64,000 nt of DNA from Microbacterium sp. (GTDB lineage Bacteria; Actinomycetota; Actinomycetes; Actinomycetales; Microbacteriaceae). The position numbers were made by a program, and so were the translations under genes. Location: NCBI RefSeq assembly GCF_036823965.1, contig NZ_DAITBE010000012.1, positions 18,522 through 82,521 on the forward strand, in the 5' to 3' direction. This document shows, piece after piece, positions 55,211 through 62,829 of this stretch (its first letter is position 1; the number at the start of each line of letters is the position of its first letter). The notes beneath the pieces were generated by a model. The model ran no database searches, was not told where the DNA came from, and saw only the letters and a list, made by a program, of their open reading frames with translations.

Positions 55211-55474
55211 ACGAAAGAAAGATGCGAGGATGGTCGACAGCGGCCCCCTCGAATAGTCCATTGGGGACTGAACTACTCGAGAGGGCCCAATCGCATGCAC
55301 GGATCGTCTTGCCTCTGGGGAAGGCTTCCCGTCTTCTGGGGATGACGGAGACGATCAATTCCCCTTGTGCACGCACCTTCACCATAGGGGAGTAAGCACG
55401 ATCACGCTATGGAATCTTGTTCCAGACAGCGGACCGTGGAAGGTGGGGAACTGATCCGCGAGGATCGCAGGTTT

Positions 55475-55529
55475 CGGGAGGAGGCAGGACGAACAGCACG
55501 GAGGCACCTCCGTCGTCCTGTCTCCCTCG
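55475..55529 (+). promoter_or_regulatory. imperfect long hairpin with SD/anti-SD-like sequences in the leader of the shikimate-dehydrogenase-family gene
   Basis: GGGAG..CAGGACGA (55476-55492) pairs with TCGTCCTG.CTCCC (55513-55526). It encloses the mini-hairpin GGAGG-CA-CCTCC (55500-55511). It ends about 32 nt before GTG 55561. Confidence 0.35.
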
Positions 55530-55560
55530 AATCCGCGAGGCCCGCCGGTACCCTGAAGCA

Positions 55561-56382
55561 GTGACCACCCTGAACAAGGACATGACGCTGTGCATCTCGC
55601 TCTCGGCGAGACCGAGTAACAACGGCACCCGCTTCCACAACTTCCTCTACGAGGCGCTCGATCTCAACTGGATCTACAAGGCGTTCGCCCCCACCGACCT
55701 CGGTCAGGCCATCGCCGGCGTGCGCGGTCTCGGAATCCGCGGCTGCGCGATCTCGATGCCCTACAAGGAGGAAGTGATCGCACTCGTCGATCGCATGGAC
55801 GACTCGGCGACCGCGATCGACTCGGTGAACACGATCGTCAACGACGGTGGCGTGCTCACGGCGTACAACACGGACTACTCGGCGATCGCGCAGCTGATCG
55901 AGCGGAACGCGCTGGATCCGTCGTCGACGGTCCTGCTCCGCGGATCGGGCGGCATGGCCAAGGCGACCGCTGCCGCCTTCCGCGATGCCGGGTTCGCGCA
56001 GGTCACCGTGGTGGCGCGCAATGAAGAGGCAGGACGCGGCCTGGCCGATCTGTACGGTTTCGCCTGGGCCGCGGACGCCGAGGGACGTACCGCGGACATC
56101 CTGGTCAACGTGACGCCGATCGGCATGGCCGGCGGCGCCGAGGAGCACTCGCTGTCGTTCGACGAGCCGGCGGTCGCCGCGGCGTCCGTCGTGTTCGACG
56201 TGGTCGCACTGCCCGCTGAGACGCCGCTGGTGCGAGCAGGCAGGGCAGCCGGCAAGACGGTCATCACCGGAGCGGAGGTCGCGACGCTGCAGGCGCTCGA
56301 GCAGTTCGTGCTCTACACCGGCATCCGCCCCTCGGCCGACCAGGTTCGCGCGGCCGAGGAGCACATGCGGGCAGGCGCCTGA
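55561..56382 (+). CDS. shikimate dehydrogenase family protein (AroE paralogue-like)
   Basis: LCISLSARPSNNGTRFHNFLYEAL..., GCAISMPYKEEV (catalytic Lys region), NTIVNDGGVLTAYNTDY, and Rossmann GSGGMAKATAAA. Start is GTG 55561 or ATG 55582. Confidence 0.8.
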   Translation: MTTLNKDMTLCISLSARPSNNGTRFHNFLYEALDLNWIYKAFAPTDLGQAIAGVRGLGIRGCAISMPYKEEVIALVDRMDDSATAIDSVNTIVNDGGVLTAYNTDYSAIAQLIERNALDPSSTVLLRGSGGMAKATAAAFRDAGFAQVTVVARNEEAGRGLADLYGFAWAADAEGRTADILVNVTPIGMAGGAEEHSLSFDEPAVAAASVVFDVVALPAETPLVRAGRAAGKTVITGAEVATLQALEQFVLYTGIRPSADQVRAAEEHMRAGA

Positions 56383-56448
56383 ACTCCGCTATCTCGGGGC
56401 GAGCCACCCCTTTTCGCGCGACCGGCCGCCTTTGGGACGTCCAAAAGG

Positions 56449-56527
56449 GGCCGGGTCGGTGACAAAGGGCCGGGTCGGTGGGGGCTTGGCCGGGTCGGTG
56501 GGGGCTTGGCTGGGGCGGTGGGCTGCG
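56449..56527. repeat. 4 x ~20-bp G-rich tandem repeat between convergent genes; contains a canonical G-quadruplex motif
   Basis: GGCCGGGTCGGTGACAAAG / GGCCGGGTCGGTGGGGGCTT (x2, identical) / GGCTGGGGCGGTGGGCTGCG. Positions 56480-56522 read G5-N7-G3-N5-G5-N7-G4-N4-G3. Confidence 0.85.
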
Positions 56528-56554
56528 CGAGCGTGCGGGTCGGGAAGGATCGGG

Positions 56555-57745
56555 TCAGGCCGCGACGGCGGCAAGGGTTTCGGTGTCCGCGGCGGGGCGT
56601 GGACGGTGGGCGGCTGCGGCGGCGATCGCCATGACAACGAGAGCGGATGCCGTCAGCGCGGCGCCGATCCAGATCGGCGAGGTGTACCCGAGTCCTGCCG
56701 AGATGCCGACGCCGCCGGCCCAGGCGCCGAGGGCGTTGCCGACGTTGAACGCACCGATGTTCGCGCCGGATGCCAGGGTGGGTGCTCCACCGGCGTAGCG
56801 CATGATGCGGCTCTGCAGGCCCGGCACGGTACCGAAGCCGAAACCGCCCATCAGCACGAGGATCGCCATGGTCGCCGGCTGCGACCACGCGAGCAGGCCG
56901 AACAGCACCAGCACCGCGGCGAGCGCGGCGATGAAGACGAGCAGCGTGCGGTCGATCGAACGGTCCGCGAGGCGTCCACCGATCGCGTTGCCCGCGACGA
57001 GTCCGAGACCGAACAGCACGAGCAGCCACGGCACAGCCGAGCTGGCGAAGCCGCCGACATCCGTCAGCGTGTAGGCGATGTAGGTGAAGGCGCCGAACAT
57101 GCCGCCGTAGGCGAGGATCGTGACGGTCAGCGACAGCCAGACCTGCCCTGAGCGGAAGGCGGCGAGTTCGTGTCGAAGACTCACAGCCGGACCCGTCGAC
57201 TTCGGCGCACGCACGAGCAGCGCGATGCCGAGGAGCGCGACGATGCCGATCACCGAGATCACCCAGAACGTCGATCGCCACCCGAACTGCTGACCGAGGA
57301 ACGTGCCGAACGGCACGCCGAAGACGTTCGCTGCGGTGAGTCCGGTGAACATGATGGCGATCGCGCGCGCCTTCTTCTCCGGCGCGACGAGATCGGCGGC
57401 GACGACGGAGCCGATGCCGAAGAACGCGCCGTGCGAGAGCGCTGCGACGATGCGACCGGCCATCGCGACCGCGTAGTCGGGCGAGAGCGCCGTGAGCACG
57501 TTGCCGGCGATGAACAGCACCAGGAGTCCGAGCAGCACCGGCTTGCGGGGCAGTCGCGTGGTCGCTGCGGTGAGTCCGAGCGCGCCGACCACGACACTGA
57601 GCGCATAGCCGGAGATGAGCCATCCTGCGGTCGCCTCGGTGACTGCGAAGTCGCTCGCCACCTCGGGCAGCAGCCCCATGATGACGAACTCCGTGAGTCC
57701 GATGCCGAACGCGCCGATGGCGAGTGCGATGAGTCCGAGTGGCAT
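56555..57745 (-). CDS. MFS transporter (AraJ/drug-efflux-like, 12 TM)
   Basis: Track ORF 56555..57841 trimmed to Met33 (MPLGLIALAIGAFGIGLTEFVIMGLLPEVA). Divergent from the MarR gene. Confidence 0.85.
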   Translation of the reverse strand: MPLGLIALAIGAFGIGLTEFVIMGLLPEVASDFAVTEATAGWLISGYALSVVVGALGLTAATTRLPRKPVLLGLLVLFIAGNVLTALSPDYAVAMAGRIVAALSHGAFFGIGSVVAADLVAPEKKARAIAIMFTGLTAANVFGVPFGTFLGQQFGWRSTFWVISVIGIVALLGIALLVRAPKSTGPAVSLRHELAAFRSGQVWLSLTVTILAYGGMFGAFTYIAYTLTDVGGFASSAVPWLLVLFGLGLVAGNAIGGRLADRSIDRTLLVFIAALAAVLVLFGLLAWSQPATMAILVLMGGFGFGTVPGLQSRIMRYAGGAPTLASGANIGAFNVGNALGAWAGGVGISAGLGYTSPIWIGAALTASALVVMAIAAAAAHRPRPAADTETLAAVAA

Positions 57746-57772
57746 GAGTGCGCTCCGAGATCCTCTGCTAAA

Positions 57773-57845
57773 GTAGTTGCAGACGCGGGATGTTGCGTCC
57801 GAGACATAATGATTGCACACGCAACTAATCTGCGCAAGCAACTAC
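57773..57845. promoter_or_regulatory. MarR operator candidates in the MFS / MarR divergent region
   Basis: GTAGTTGC (57773-57780) is the inverted partner of GCAACTAC (57838-57845). A third GCAACTA lies at 57821-57827. TTGC-ACAC-GCAA (57813-57824). This is a local GC dip. Confidence 0.4.
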
Positions 57846-57860
57846 CTGTGGAGGTCACCG

Positions 57861-58310
57861 ATGGGCATCTCAGACGACGCGGTCGAGGTCCGAGCACGCG
57901 GATGGCGCACCCTCGCCGCGCTGCACGGGATCATCGAGGCCGAACTCGAGCGCGCGCTCGGAGCATCAGCCGATCTCTCGGTCGTCGAGTACACCGTGCT
58001 CGACGCGCTGAGCCGTCAGGACGGATGGCACATGCGGATGCAGCAGCTCGCCCGCGCCACAGCCCTCAGCCCCAGCGCGACCACCCGCCTCGTCACCCGG
58101 CTCGAGGACCGGGGTCTGCTGACCCGCATCCTGTGCCTCGACGACCGTCGCGGCATCTACACGGAGCTCACTCCGGCAGGGCGCGCACTCTACGAGCAGG
58201 CGCATCCGATCCACGACGAGACCCTCGAGCGCACGCTCGGCGAAGCCGGTGAACAGCCGGAGCTCGCACCGGTCGTGCACGCGCTGCAGGGGAGCAGCAT
58301 CAGCGCCTGA
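57861..58310 (+). CDS. MarR family transcriptional regulator
   Basis: Track ORF trimmed to Met17 (GGAGG upstream). wHTH MRMQQLARATALSPSATTRLVTRLEDRGLLTRILCLDDRRGIYTELT. Confidence 0.85.
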   Translation: MGISDDAVEVRARGWRTLAALHGIIEAELERALGASADLSVVEYTVLDALSRQDGWHMRMQQLARATALSPSATTRLVTRLEDRGLLTRILCLDDRRGIYTELTPAGRALYEQAHPIHDETLERTLGEAGEQPELAPVVHALQGSSISA

Positions 58311-58316
58311 CCGCGT

Positions 58317-59165
58317 TCACGCCGGCAGCGCCGACCCCTCCGCGACCGGCGTCAGCACGCGTCCACGGATGAGGAAGAGCGCGACGATCCCGAACAGGAT
58401 CACCGCGATGTTCCCGGTCGCGGCGATCGCGAGCCAGATGTTCTCCGCAGCACCCTCGACGGCGGTGTCGATGCCGCCGGTCGACAGGAAGAGCGTCGGG
58501 TCCGTGAGCCCGTGCATCACGATCGCCCAGACGATGCTCCCGGTCACCCGCATCACCAGATACATGCAGATGCCGAAGAAGAACGTGTAGACCAGCAGCA
58601 CGAGGATCGTGATGCTGAAGCCGACGCCGATCGCGTTCACGAGGTGCATCAGAGCGAACAGCGCCGAGGAGATCACGGCCACGACGAGCTCCTTGTGCCC
58701 GGCCTTGCGCAGCAGCGCGACGCCCGCACCGCGGGTCACCAGTTCCTCGGCGATGCCGATGAAGAGGCCGGTGATGAGCGTGACCACGACGACTCCAGGA
58801 GGGAACGAGCCGTAGTCGATGCCGATGAATCGGAAGATGATCGGGTACGCGACGACAGCCACGGCGAGCCACATCCACGGGCGACCGCCGATCGGCTGCC
58901 GCGAGAAGACCGGGGTGATCCAGCCGATGGCGGCGAGGAAGACGAGGATCACGAGTGCGCCTGCGCCGATCGGGATCAGCAGCTCGATGATCACGTTCGT
59001 GGCGCTCGCGAACGGGCCGCCGTCGATGATCATGTGGCCGAGCGTCACGCCGACGAGCTGACCGACACCGAGATACACGAGGAGGTACGCAGCCGTGACG
59101 AGGAGGGCGCGCCACCACCCGCCGCGATTCCAGAAGCCGTCCCTGTCCTGCCAGAAGTCCGCCAT
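58317..59165 (-). CDS. CPBP family intramembrane glutamic endopeptidase (CAAX protease-like)
   Basis: Track ORF trimmed to Met44. Motifs EELVTRG (EExxxR), FALMH (FxxxH) and HGLTD. Confidence 0.8.
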   Translation of the reverse strand: MADFWQDRDGFWNRGGWWRALLVTAAYLLVYLGVGQLVGVTLGHMIIDGGPFASATNVIIELLIPIGAGALVILVFLAAIGWITPVFSRQPIGGRPWMWLAVAVVAYPIIFRFIGIDYGSFPPGVVVVTLITGLFIGIAEELVTRGAGVALLRKAGHKELVVAVISSALFALMHLVNAIGVGFSITILVLLVYTFFFGICMYLVMRVTGSIVWAIVMHGLTDPTLFLSTGGIDTAVEGAAENIWLAIAATGNIAVILFGIVALFLIRGRVLTPVAEGSALPA

Positions 59166-59290
59166 GCTCCACCCTCTCTCCGAGTCACCCCTCCGGCGGC
59201 TCATGTTCATCATGGCGGGGCACGCGCATCGGCGCCATCCGCCGAACCGGCGCTCCGGAAGACTGCTGCCGGGGCACCGGCCCGTTCGGC

Positions 59291-60325
59291 TCAATCGCGT
59301 GCGACGACGACCTTGCCGATCGTCTGCGACGTCTCGACGAGCTCATGCGCGCGACGCAGCGTCGCGGCATCCAGCGGTCCGAGGCTGGTCGTGAGCGTGG
59401 ATCGGAGCACACCGTCATCGAGCAGCTGCGCGACGCGCGTCAGGAGCTCGTGCTGGAAGGCGTCCTCCGGCTCGTGGATCGGCCGGGTGAACATGAGCTC
59501 CCAGTGCCACGTGACGCTCTTCCCCTTGAGCGCGTCGATACTGCCACCGCTCTCGTCGATCGAGACCACCTCGCCGCGGGGACGGATGACCTTCGCGATC
59601 GCGTCGACGTTGCCCGGTGTGAAGGACGTGAACACATAGTCGACGCCGTCTGGCGCGATTCGAGCAACCTCGCGGGCGAAGTCGCGGCCCACGACGTGAT
59701 CGGCTCCCATGTCGGTGACCCACGCGACCGAGTCGGGACGGGATGCCACGGCGATCACCGTCAACCGGGTCAATGCCTTCGCGAGCTGGATGATCAGGGA
59801 GCCGACGCCACCGGCAGCGCCGATCACGAGCAGCACTCCCTCGCTGTCCGCACCGAGGCGGAGCCGGTCGAACAGGGCCTCCCACGCGGTGATCGCGGTC
59901 AGGGGCATGGCAGCAGCCTCCGCCACCGAGACGCTCCCCGGCGCTCGACCGACGATGTTCTCGTTCACGAGATGGAACTGCGCGTTCGTGCCTGAGCGAT
60001 CGATCTGCCCGGCGTAGAACACACGGTCGCCGACGGCGAAGCGGCGCGCACCCTCGCCGGTGGCGACGACCGTGCCGACAGCGTCGTAGCCGAGCACCCG
60101 TGGTGTTCCGGATGCGGCGCGGCGGCCGCGCACCTTCACATCGACGGGGTTGACGGAGACGGCGTCGATCTGGACCAGGATGTCGTGCCCCGCTGGCGTC
60201 GGCGTCGGCAGCTCGATGTCGGTCAGCGAGCCGATCTGCGAGAGCGGTCCGCCGGGAGCGGCGATGGCGGTCATGGTCTCGGGGAGTGCGGCACCCTGCA
60301 CGGGCGATGCGATTCGTTCGGTCAT
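59291..60325 (-). CDS. zinc-binding alcohol dehydrogenase family / quinone oxidoreductase-like (MDR) protein
   Basis: 344 aa. GroES-like N-terminus (GHDILVQIDAVSVNPVDVKVR) and Rossmann VIGAAGGVGSLIIQLAK. Confidence 0.85.
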   Translation of the reverse strand: MTERIASPVQGAALPETMTAIAAPGGPLSQIGSLTDIELPTPTPAGHDILVQIDAVSVNPVDVKVRGRRAASGTPRVLGYDAVGTVVATGEGARRFAVGDRVFYAGQIDRSGTNAQFHLVNENIVGRAPGSVSVAEAAAMPLTAITAWEALFDRLRLGADSEGVLLVIGAAGGVGSLIIQLAKALTRLTVIAVASRPDSVAWVTDMGADHVVGRDFAREVARIAPDGVDYVFTSFTPGNVDAIAKVIRPRGEVVSIDESGGSIDALKGKSVTWHWELMFTRPIHEPEDAFQHELLTRVAQLLDDGVLRSTLTTSLGPLDAATLRRAHELVETSQTIGKVVVARD

Positions 60326-60395
60326 GAAGAGACCATACCCAGACCGCCCCAGTTACCCGCAAGGGGTATTGGTTCCCTTCGGATACCATTGCAGG

Positions 60396-60761
60396 ATGTC
60401 GACTCCAGCCGCCTGCCCCTCCGGCACCCCGCACGACGTCTACGACGCGCAATGCCCCTGTCGAGGCGTGCTCGATCTGCTTGCCGACAAGTGGAGCGCG
60501 CTCGTGATCGGCGCCCTCGACGTCGGACCTCTGCGCTTCGGCGAGCTCAAGACCCGGCTGAACGGCGTCAGCCCGAAGGTGCTCACCGCCACCCTGCGCC
60601 GGCTCGAGGACCGCGGTCTGCTGAACCGTGCGGTGTTCGCCGAGGTGCCGGTCCGCGTCGAGTACTCGCTGACCCCGCTCGGCGCCGATGCAGGTCGGCC
60701 GCTGCGCGAGTTGCGCGACTGGGTCGAGTCGAACATCGAACGGTTCCCCGCGAGCGCCTGA
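60396..60761 (+). CDS. HxlR family transcriptional regulator
   Basis: Track ORF trimmed to Met83. CPCRGVLDLLADKWSALVIGALDVGPLRFGELKTRLNGVSPKVLTATLRRLEDRGLLNR. Divergent from the MDR oxidoreductase gene. Confidence 0.85.
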   Translation: MSTPAACPSGTPHDVYDAQCPCRGVLDLLADKWSALVIGALDVGPLRFGELKTRLNGVSPKVLTATLRRLEDRGLLNRAVFAEVPVRVEYSLTPLGADAGRPLRELRDWVESNIERFPASA

Positions 60762-60852
60762 CCGCAGACCGCGCGCTGTCAACCCACTGGGCGGGAGCGC
60801 GTCCGACGACGATCGTGGATGCTCCGAGAGCACGACCGATGCGGAGGACGCG

Positions 60853-62037
60853 ATGAAGGCATTGACCTGGCAGGGCACACGGAAGGTGACGGTCGAGGAG
60901 GTCCCGGAGCCGAGGATCCAGCAGCCGAGCGATGCGATCATCCGCGTCACCTCGTCCGCGATCTGCGGGTCGGATCTGCATCTCTATGAGCTGCTCGGAC
61001 CGTTCATCGATCGTGGCGACATCCTCGGCCACGAGCCCATGGGCGTCGTCGTGGATGTCGGTTCCGATGTCACGCGCCTGAAAGTGGGCGACCGTGTCGT
61101 GATCCCCTTCAACATCTCCTGCGGCGAGTGCTTCATGTGCCGCCGAGGTCTCCAGTCGCAGTGCGAGACGACGCAGGTACGGGAGTACGGCAGCGGCGCC
61201 GCACTGTTCGGCTACACGAAGCTCTACGGCCAGGTTCCCGGTGGGCAGGCCGAGTTCCTGCGGGTGCCGCTGGCCGACTACAACCACATTCCCGTGGCAT
61301 CCGACCTGCCGGACGAGCGGTACCTCTTCCTCAGCGACATCCTGCCCACCGCGTGGCAGGGCGTCGAGTACGCCCAGGTGCCGGAGGGCGGCACTCTCGC
61401 CGTGATGGGCCTCGGCCCGGTCGGTCAGTTCGTCTCGCGGATCGGCAGGCATCGCGGGTACCGGGTGCTGGCCGTCGATCCGGTGCCGGAGCGTCGCGCC
61501 ATGGCGGAACGACACGGAATCGAGACCTTCGACCTCACCGACACGGTCGTCGAGGAGTTGCGCGATCTGACCGAGGGGCGTGGTGCGGACTCGGTGGTGG
61601 ATGCCGTCGGCCTCGAGGCGCACGGCAACGCCGGCGTCGAGTTCATCCAGAAGGCGGTCGGGCTGCTGCCGGATGCCGCGGCGCGGAAGCTGCTCGACAC
61701 GGCAGGCATCGACCGGCTCGCTGCCGTCTACGCCTCGATCGACGTCGTGCGCCGAGGCGGCACGGTCTCACTCAGTGGGGTGTACGCCGGTGACGCCGAC
61801 ATCCTGCCGATGAAGACCATGTTCGACAAGCAGCTCTCACTGCGCATGGGGCAGTGCAACGTGAAGCACTGGATCGACACGCTGCTGCCGCTCGTCGAGG
61901 ACGTCGCCGACCCGCTCGGCGTGATGGACCTCACGACCCACCATGCGCCGCTCGACGATGCGCCCGAGCTGTACCGGACGTTCCAGCAGAAGACCGACGG
62001 CTGCATCAAGGTCGTCCTGCATCCGTCGACCGTCTGA
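60853..62037 (+). CDS. zinc-dependent alcohol/formaldehyde dehydrogenase-like (MDR) enzyme
   Basis: Track ORF trimmed to Met56. Catalytic Zn ligands CGSDLH...GHEPMG. Structural Zn cluster CGECFMCRRGLQSQC. Rossmann MGLGPVG. Confidence 0.85.
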   Translation: MKALTWQGTRKVTVEEVPEPRIQQPSDAIIRVTSSAICGSDLHLYELLGPFIDRGDILGHEPMGVVVDVGSDVTRLKVGDRVVIPFNISCGECFMCRRGLQSQCETTQVREYGSGAALFGYTKLYGQVPGGQAEFLRVPLADYNHIPVASDLPDERYLFLSDILPTAWQGVEYAQVPEGGTLAVMGLGPVGQFVSRIGRHRGYRVLAVDPVPERRAMAERHGIETFDLTDTVVEELRDLTEGRGADSVVDAVGLEAHGNAGVEFIQKAVGLLPDAAARKLLDTAGIDRLAAVYASIDVVRRGGTVSLSGVYAGDADILPMKTMFDKQLSLRMGQCNVKHWIDTLLPLVEDVADPLGVMDLTTHHAPLDDAPELYRTFQQKTDGCIKVVLHPSTV

Positions 62038-62056
62038 GCTGCCGACGACGCGCGGC

Positions 62057-62116
62057 GGTGCGGGGTCAGAAACGCCCCTCCCGGAACATGTTCCGGAGCG
62101 CTTCTGGCCCCGCACC
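62057..62116. terminator. 60-bp imperfect palindrome between convergent genes (bidirectional terminator candidate)
   Basis: GGTGCGGGGTCAGAAACGC...CCGGAACATGTTCCGG...GCTTCTGGCCCCGCACC, centred on the perfect 12-bp palindrome GGAACATGTTCC. Confidence 0.55.
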
Positions 62117-62126
62117 GCTCGGTGCG

Positions 62127-62423
62127 TCAGTCTCGGTTCCGGCGCGAGCGGCGGGTGCCGATGCCAGGAGTGTCGTTGTGCGCCGACTCGTCTGGGACGG
62201 ATGCTTCGGAGGAGGGGTCGACGCGCACCGTGGCACCGCCGCCCGAGTCCGCTCCGCCGCCGCCGGCCGGTGTGTCGCCGACGAAGAGCAGTTCGCCGTC
62301 ACCCTCGCCCTCGCGCGCTTCGAGATGCTCGCGGATCCTGGCAGCCGCGTCAGAGTCCGCCGGCGTCGCGACGTTCGCCGGGCCGGACTCGTGCTCGTCG
62401 TCGCCATTCGCAGCTCCGCTCAC
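62127..62423 (-). CDS. hypothetical acidic, low-complexity small protein
   Basis: 98 aa. GTG start overlaps the upstream stop (GTGA). High GC3. Asp/Glu/Gly-rich with a basic C-terminus (RRSRRNRD). No motif recognised. Confidence 0.45.
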   Translation of the reverse strand: MSGAANGDDEHESGPANVATPADSDAAARIREHLEAREGEGDGELLFVGDTPAGGGGADSGGGATVRVDPSSEASVPDESAHNDTPGIGTRRSRRNRD

Positions 62424-62728
62424 TCGGCCGCGCCCCTGAGGTCGGTCGGCTCGTCCGAGCCGGTCGTGTCCGGCTCATCCCCCGGCGCGAGGTCGCCCTC
62501 GCCGTCCCTTCCGAGTTCCGCGTCGAGCGGCTCGTCGCCCTGGGTCTCGGGCTGTTCGCCGCCCGTGGGAAAGGTGCCGCGGATCGGGTCGTCCATGACG
62601 CCAGGGGTCTCGGCCGCCTCGCGCGCCTCGACAGTCTCCTCCTCTTCTGGGAGCAGTGGCTCCTCCGGCACCTCGGGCAGATCGGGCAGCGGCGCCTGGC
62701 TGTTCGCGAATGCATCGGGATTCGACAT
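62420..62728 (-). CDS. hypothetical highly acidic, Pro/Glu-rich small protein
   Basis: Track ORF trimmed to Met5 (GGAGGA 6 nt upstream). MSNPDAFANSQAPLPDLPEVPEEPLLPEEEETVEAREAAETPG... High GC3. Confidence 0.5.
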   Translation of the reverse strand: MSNPDAFANSQAPLPDLPEVPEEPLLPEEEETVEAREAAETPGVMDDPIRGTFPTGGEQPETQGDEPLDAELGRDGEGDLAPGDEPDTTGSDEPTDLRGAAE

Positions 62729-62829
62729 GGTGTCCTCCACTCATCGGAAATCTGGAGTCCAGCATCATCCGGATGCCGCTGGAGCACACGGCCGTTGACA
62801 GCAGAGGGCGGCGCGAGTAGCCGCGTCCC

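Noticed and set aside
55053-55385. 110-aa ORF on the minus strand inside the low-GC region upstream of cspA.
   Set aside because: It has no SD sequence, and its third-position composition is mixed and unlike every confident gene here. The translation runs straight through the 55187-55210 hairpin, and I recognise no motif. It is kept only as part of the non-coding-region finding.
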